Source of the DNA: a virus | Taxonomy: Duplodnaviria; Caudoviricetes | Direction: 5' to 3' (one strand) | IMG/VR virus record: IMGVR_UViG_3300044971_003552 | Span: 618 to 64,617 of that record | DNA length: 64,000 nucleotides | Shown here: piece after piece, positions 60,301 through 64,000 of the stretch | How positions within the stretch are numbered: the stretch's first letter is position 1 | Layout of the letters: each line of letters opens with the position of its first letter | The notes under the pieces: generated by a model | Database searches by the model: none | Told to the model about the DNA's origin: nothing | The model's input: only the letters and a program-made list of their open reading frames with translations | Made by a program: the position numbers and the translations under genes

Positions 60301-63300
60301 ACAGCGGCTTACGGTGGTGCAAGATCTCAAGAAGCAGATAACGCCAGGCTACGTAAAACAACTAGACGAGCCATACGAGTTCCCAGTGACTTAGAAGGAT
60401 TAGATGAAGTCATTGATACAACTTCAGTACTGGGTCCTCGAAATACTACCTCTTTAAGAGCATCTGATAGAATACGAAATCTTTCTAGCAGATCTAAAGC
60501 TAGTCAAGAAGCAGTTGTGTCCAGAAGAAAAGACAGAGACAGACTATCAGAATCTGGAGTACCCGATCCATCTGGACGTAATTATGGATTATTTAATCGT
60601 AGACCCGGAGCTACGGACGGTGCTCCAGTTGATACCGGAATAGACGAAGCATGGCTAGCGGCTTCCGAAGTTTCTGGTGTTGATCCCAAAAAAGTGATAA
60701 CTACTGATGTTGCAACCGGAAGAAGAATTGGTGCTCCAACCGTAAGAACCCCGGAAAAAACAACAGTCTTTTCTGGTAATGTTGGGCCAATGACATCTGG
60801 TCATGTTGAGGCGATTATGAAAGGATCGAAGAAAGCTAAGACTCGTCCAGAAGACACCGTAATATATGTTGCTGGAAATACTCCCATAGATCCATTTACA
60901 CGAGATGATCAGAGAGAAAGAACAGCTATTTTCCCTCAAAAATCATCTAGCGGACCATCAAGAGTAGGAATGGCTCAAGCGGTACTTGGATCGAAAGGAT
61001 TTAATATCTCTGCTGCTCCAAAAGGAATTGCTCCTGGGGCTTTTCCCAAAGCTTTCAAAATTGAAGGACAAGAAGATTCTTATATTGTCCCAAACAGTAC
61101 TGGTAATTTTGCCATAATAGGAAATGATAAGCCAGACTCTACCATAGAGAGAAATCGTTCACAAGGTTACGAACCAATAAAAATAGCCAGAAATGGAATT
61201 AGTGGCACTGATGCTAGAGCGGCCATTATGAGTAATGATCTTGAAGCCATGGAAAGGCTTTTGACTCCAGAAGGAATAGCTTATTTAAAGCCTCATATGG
61301 CTACATTACAGAAAAGACCAAAACTATTAGATAGTATTCTTGCTAGAATTCAAGAAAATGCCCAAAAAGGAAAAGGAAGGGCAGGAAGATATTTCTCAAG
61401 CCTTGCTGAACTATCAACACTTCCAGCTCGGGTTACTGCAAAAACACCAACTGATGTTGCAACAAGAGTGAAAAATCTAAGAGAACAGAGAGATATAGAC
61501 GAAGCGGTCTTAGGACGAAGAGCAGCCAGAATGCTTCCTAGACTTGAAGGACTGGGAAGGTCTTCTGGTGGGACTATTCAAAAATTCTTGGATGGTGGAT
61601 GGGTTCAAAGAATGCAAACAAAACCAGACAGTATCTTACGAGATGAAATGTCGTTATTATCATCTAGTATTATGATGATGGATGTTGGAGAAAGAAAAGG
61701 ATCTGCTAGCACATTTAATACCGGAGCAATCTATGAGGATGTTGGCAAACGAGAAGCTAAAGAAAGACTCGCTGCCATACAAAAATTCTTACAAGAAAGA
61801 ACTACAAAAACAGTTGCTAAACTAAAAGAAAAAAAAGGAGCTGGACTAAAATCCACACCCCAATATGACGCTCAAGAGCAATTAGATGCTATCATCTATT
61901 ATCAGGGCGGTTCTGGGCCACTCATTAAGGCTATGGCTGCTGGTAAAAAAACTTTCTCGGATAGAGAGAGTAAATATCAAACGGCTGATGTTGTTGGTAG
62001 ACTAAATGCTGCTACTCAATTTAAAGCTCCTAAAAAACTTTATAGCGGATTAGGTCCCAGCCAACTAAGAGAAATTATTAAAGACACTGGAGTTTCTATT
62101 GATGAACTATTGGACAGAAGCGGTGTTGCTTTTACAGCGATGTCTGGTAAAAATGTAGATTTCCCAACCTTCGTTTCTACAACAGACAAGAAACAGCAGG
62201 CTTTGCGATTTGTTGGCAATCCAGGAGCTATGTTGAACATAGACTCAGCCAATGCCAAAACTAAGGTTATAGATCTACTAAAAGCTAAAGGTAAAACAGA
62301 TACGTCTTCTTCAAAACCACAAAGTAGTAGAAGACTTAGTGGTCTTAATAAAATAGATCCTAAAAAATTAGACGTATATGATAGTGAGAGAGAGTTTATT
62401 TTACCTCCGGGTGTAAAATTCAAACTTAATAAAGTTAGTGGTTTTGTCGGTGAAGATTTTAAAGAAACCATCAAACCCGGCAAAAAGAAGAAATTTGCAG
62501 ATTCTTATGAAGACTATCTTAATGATCAGTTCTTTGAAAAAACTAAATTAGATATTCAGGCTCAAATGCTCAACTCAGGAGGCCGAGTTCAACGACTTAT
62601 GGCTGGTGGAGTAGCAGAAGAATCCGATGTAACCACGTCCACGAAAGCTTCAGTCGGAGAAATTATTAAATTATTAGGATTACAAAGAGCAGCTGCTGCT
62701 GGAGGCATTAGTTCAACAGATGTATATACAACATTAAATAAACGAACACCAACTCCACAACAAGCAGCAAGTAAAGCTGCTATTCTAGCAGAATTTACCA
62801 AACAAAAAACAGCACTAGCAAGTAAAGCGGCAGCTAGCCAAACAAGAAAACAAAATAAGGCAACGGCTAAAGGACTAGTATTTGGTGCCGCTGGATTATT
62901 TGGAAGTGCCTTTGCAACCCAACCAGTAATTCAAACTATACAAGACAGTAGATTAAAAGACCCAAATAAACAACATACTGTCAGTATTTATAGTGGAGTA
63001 TATAAAAATCAAAAAAGAGCAAGTAGCATAGATGCTAGTTTTGATAAGGCTGTTGACACAATACCAATGCAACAAGCTCAAAAGGAAAAAAGAGCGGAAA
63101 TGGTTGCTCAAAAGAAAAAAGCTGCAACCATATTGGGAGGACTTGAGTCTGGCAGAGAATTGAACTTAGACTTTGACAGAACATTAGCCTTTGGTGCTGA
63201 CAAAATTTTAGCAGATCCAAAACAACCAAGATTTAGTGAATTTTCTGATACTACCAAAGTAACCGAGGCTCTGAGCAAAGCTAAACTAAGCGTACTAGGT

Positions 63301-64000
63301 CGTCGGTTAGCTTCTTTAGTGGCTAAAAAACCAGATTTATTAAAAAACATACGAGTCATAACAGCTAGACCAAAAGTAACGCTTCCTTTAATTCAAACAT
63401 GGTTAAGTAGCAAAGGCTTACCAATACCAGATAGTCAGTTTAAGGGGCTGGGCGGACCAACCATTTCAGGATCAGATATAGCTAAGCTAAAAGCTGCAGA
63501 ATTAACTCCAGGATCTATTTTTGTTGACGATGACAAAAGAAACATAGCTGCCGCTAGAAAAAGAGCTGATGAAGGAATAGATGTTTATAGATATAGAGGA
63601 GTTAAGAAATTAAAAGAAAATACACAATCATTAGAAAATATAGAGTCACTTAAAGGTAATTTATTAGAAGCATTTATAAGAAGATTAGGAGCAGTAGGAT
63701 CGCCAAAGGGTAATGGATTTGATTTTATGAATGGGTTGGGTAAAGTCTCACAAAAATTCGACCCCAAACTACCCCCTAAGATACCAACTGACGTTAAGAG
63801 AACATTAGCTGGTCCATCAACCATAAAAGATAATATTGTTACTTATCTTAAAAATGTTAAAGGCTTTAATAATGGTGGAGCTGTTCAAAGCTTTATGGCC
63901 GGTGGAGCAGCTAAAAAAATAGCTTTCAAGGTTGGCGATAAAGTACGCTCTCTCGAAGAGTGGGGATTAGATCGCGAAGATGATCCCGCTTATACTGTGC
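57316..64000 (+). CDS. tape measure protein with C-terminal multi-enzyme cargo domains (partial, at least 2228 aa, runs off window)
   Basis: ATG 57316 after AGGA RBS; frame open to the window end (absent from ORF track because no stop); TMP core FIDFDLQMTRIAQVTG...LAQAG; FASGGLVPGSGDRDTVSARLTPGEFVM motif. Confidence 0.88.
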   Translation, partial: MSKGFNLTAELNLRGPSNIRTVVADIRRQVGSVSVNITPTVNRQSIRTIASTIRSQLSNITSDVKIRANTASLRSIGADIRRQLGGVTANVNVRANQSSIRAVASDIRRQLGSINTNVNVRFNTAAVTTYGNNLRALNNNLNQITASATNATAAINALTAAMRGASTAAASINNASVNVGNLGRAAGGARNSIALASNEMIEFGRQSGLAFRRFSAITTVTGIVYGLTNAIRQGVASFIDFDLQMTRIAQVTGDAKNELGAVANTITNLSTTLGASSAELTKTTVTLAQAGLTAKDTATALRALALSALAPSFDDMNQTVEGSIALMRQFGIGANQLEMALGSVNAVSAKFAVEASDIITAIQRTGGVFASASKGVSTGTDALNEFIAVFTSIRATTRESAETIATGLRTIFTRVQRAETIESLKEFGVTLTDLEGKFVGPYVAVQRLSEGLSRLDPRDLKFSQIVEELGGFRQIGKVLPLIQQFATAQDALSVAQQGQGSLAADAAKGQLALAVQIQKVREEFLALIRSIGETSSFQNMVKVGLDLASALIKVADATKGIIPLLTMFAAFKGISTATQYISGFGQGIRGRAARGSAEGGRIYAFASGGLVPGSGDRDTVSARLTPGEFVMRKSAVKSIGAGNLYSLNRNSGGIIPSSSDIQRFSQRNPTNESGIVKSVKSKNKKTPPDNALESWTNNPTPQNLALAHFGSEMPMTPTHFRQYINRPTAVRGIPTKSNQLAPSLKIAQGNISSLSSASSSQIQYIIDTLGLNQKPPILLSIPRLTNNAMRDSGQGAFSAALASWIKANPALLVSDGKRRGADRIKSTDLVNSPQNFANTISAKIPKQTVIHDSDLSSLTTDIWSLLSEEKKQFLSDRADIIWKRLVKDKRAGVQQRQEGAYKVGSIDLINRRSMGGSIQRFPVGGEVKPVIRTVGVIDSDDWKEDPVVAAQMKMMGITKLDEYKVHMSNLVAEKRKSGGIRRLRTVFGAAASGKTTAAYGGARSQEADNARLRKTTRRAIRVPSDLEGLDEVIDTTSVLGPRNTTSLRASDRIRNLSSRSKASQEAVVSRRKDRDRLSESGVPDPSGRNYGLFNRRPGATDGAPVDTGIDEAWLAASEVSGVDPKKVITTDVATGRRIGAPTVRTPEKTTVFSGNVGPMTSGHVEAIMKGSKKAKTRPEDTVIYVAGNTPIDPFTRDDQRERTAIFPQKSSSGPSRVGMAQAVLGSKGFNISAAPKGIAPGAFPKAFKIEGQEDSYIVPNSTGNFAIIGNDKPDSTIERNRSQGYEPIKIARNGISGTDARAAIMSNDLEAMERLLTPEGIAYLKPHMATLQKRPKLLDSILARIQENAQKGKGRAGRYFSSLAELSTLPARVTAKTPTDVATRVKNLREQRDIDEAVLGRRAARMLPRLEGLGRSSGGTIQKFLDGGWVQRMQTKPDSILRDEMSLLSSSIMMMDVGERKGSASTFNTGAIYEDVGKREAKERLAAIQKFLQERTTKTVAKLKEKKGAGLKSTPQYDAQEQLDAIIYYQGGSGPLIKAMAAGKKTFSDRESKYQTADVVGRLNAATQFKAPKKLYSGLGPSQLREIIKDTGVSIDELLDRSGVAFTAMSGKNVDFPTFVSTTDKKQQALRFVGNPGAMLNIDSANAKTKVIDLLKAKGKTDTSSSKPQSSRRLSGLNKIDPKKLDVYDSEREFILPPGVKFKLNKVSGFVGEDFKETIKPGKKKKFADSYEDYLNDQFFEKTKLDIQAQMLNSGGRVQRLMAGGVAEESDVTTSTKASVGEIIKLLGLQRAAAAGGISSTDVYTTLNKRTPTPQQAASKAAILAEFTKQKTALASKAAASQTRKQNKATAKGLVFGAAGLFGSAFATQPVIQTIQDSRLKDPNKQHTVSIYSGVYKNQKRASSIDASFDKAVDTIPMQQAQKEKRAEMVAQKKKAATILGGLESGRELNLDFDRTLAFGADKILADPKQPRFSEFSDTTKVTEALSKAKLSVLGRRLASLVAKKPDLLKNIRVITARPKVTLPLIQTWLSSKGLPIPDSQFKGLGGPTISGSDIAKLKAAELTPGSIFVDDDKRNIAAARKRADEGIDVYRYRGVKKLKENTQSLENIESLKGNLLEAFIRRLGAVGSPKGNGFDFMNGLGKVSQKFDPKLPPKIPTDVKRTLAGPSTIKDNIVTYLKNVKGFNNGGAVQSFMAGGAAKKIAFKVGDKVRSLEEWGLDREDDPAYTV

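Noticed and set aside
59446-63824. Short minus-strand ORFs listed in the ORF track
   Set aside because: They are shadows of the long + strand TMP frame that the track omitted because it has no stop in the window.
1-64000. tRNA/rRNA genes, introns/inteins and stop-codon recoding
   Set aside because: None recognised by eye; terL, portal and MCP are uninterrupted, and TAA, TAG and TGA all act as stops.

Overview
This is a 64-kb segment of a large, AT-rich tailed dsDNA phage (Caudoviricetes, standard code). It is probably siphovirus-like, since I see a tail tube and tape measure but no sheath. A Planctomycetota host is inferred from a planctomycete-type N-terminal motif on a phage-encoded subtilase. 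Positions 1-4300 are a minus-strand array of tiny genes, nearly each with its own near-consensus sigma70 promoter. The array is punctuated by six copies of a non-coding element made of two 25-bp inverted-repeat sites (TAAGTnnTT-N7-AAnnACTTA) whose starts are always exactly 53 bp apart. Positions 4359-7801 hold a GIY-YIG+HNH endonuclease, an S8 protease and small genes. From 7873 the + strand carries a sigma-factor-like gene, gmd, HNH and ERCC4 nucleases, terminase, portal, protease/scaffold, decoration protein, major capsid protein, a free-standing endonuclease, about 30 kb of fibre/adhesin genes (including a 4189-aa protein), then neck, tail tube and chaperone genes. The window ends inside a tape-measure ORF of at least 2228 aa that is missing from the ORF track. 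Its C-terminal part is a chain of enzyme-like domains (P-loop kinase, HIGH nucleotidyltransferase, ADP-ribosyltransferase, HAD phosphatase) in modules separated by a recurring GG-x-[IV]-Q-x-F-x-x-GG linker. All calls come from motif reading by eye; no searches were run.
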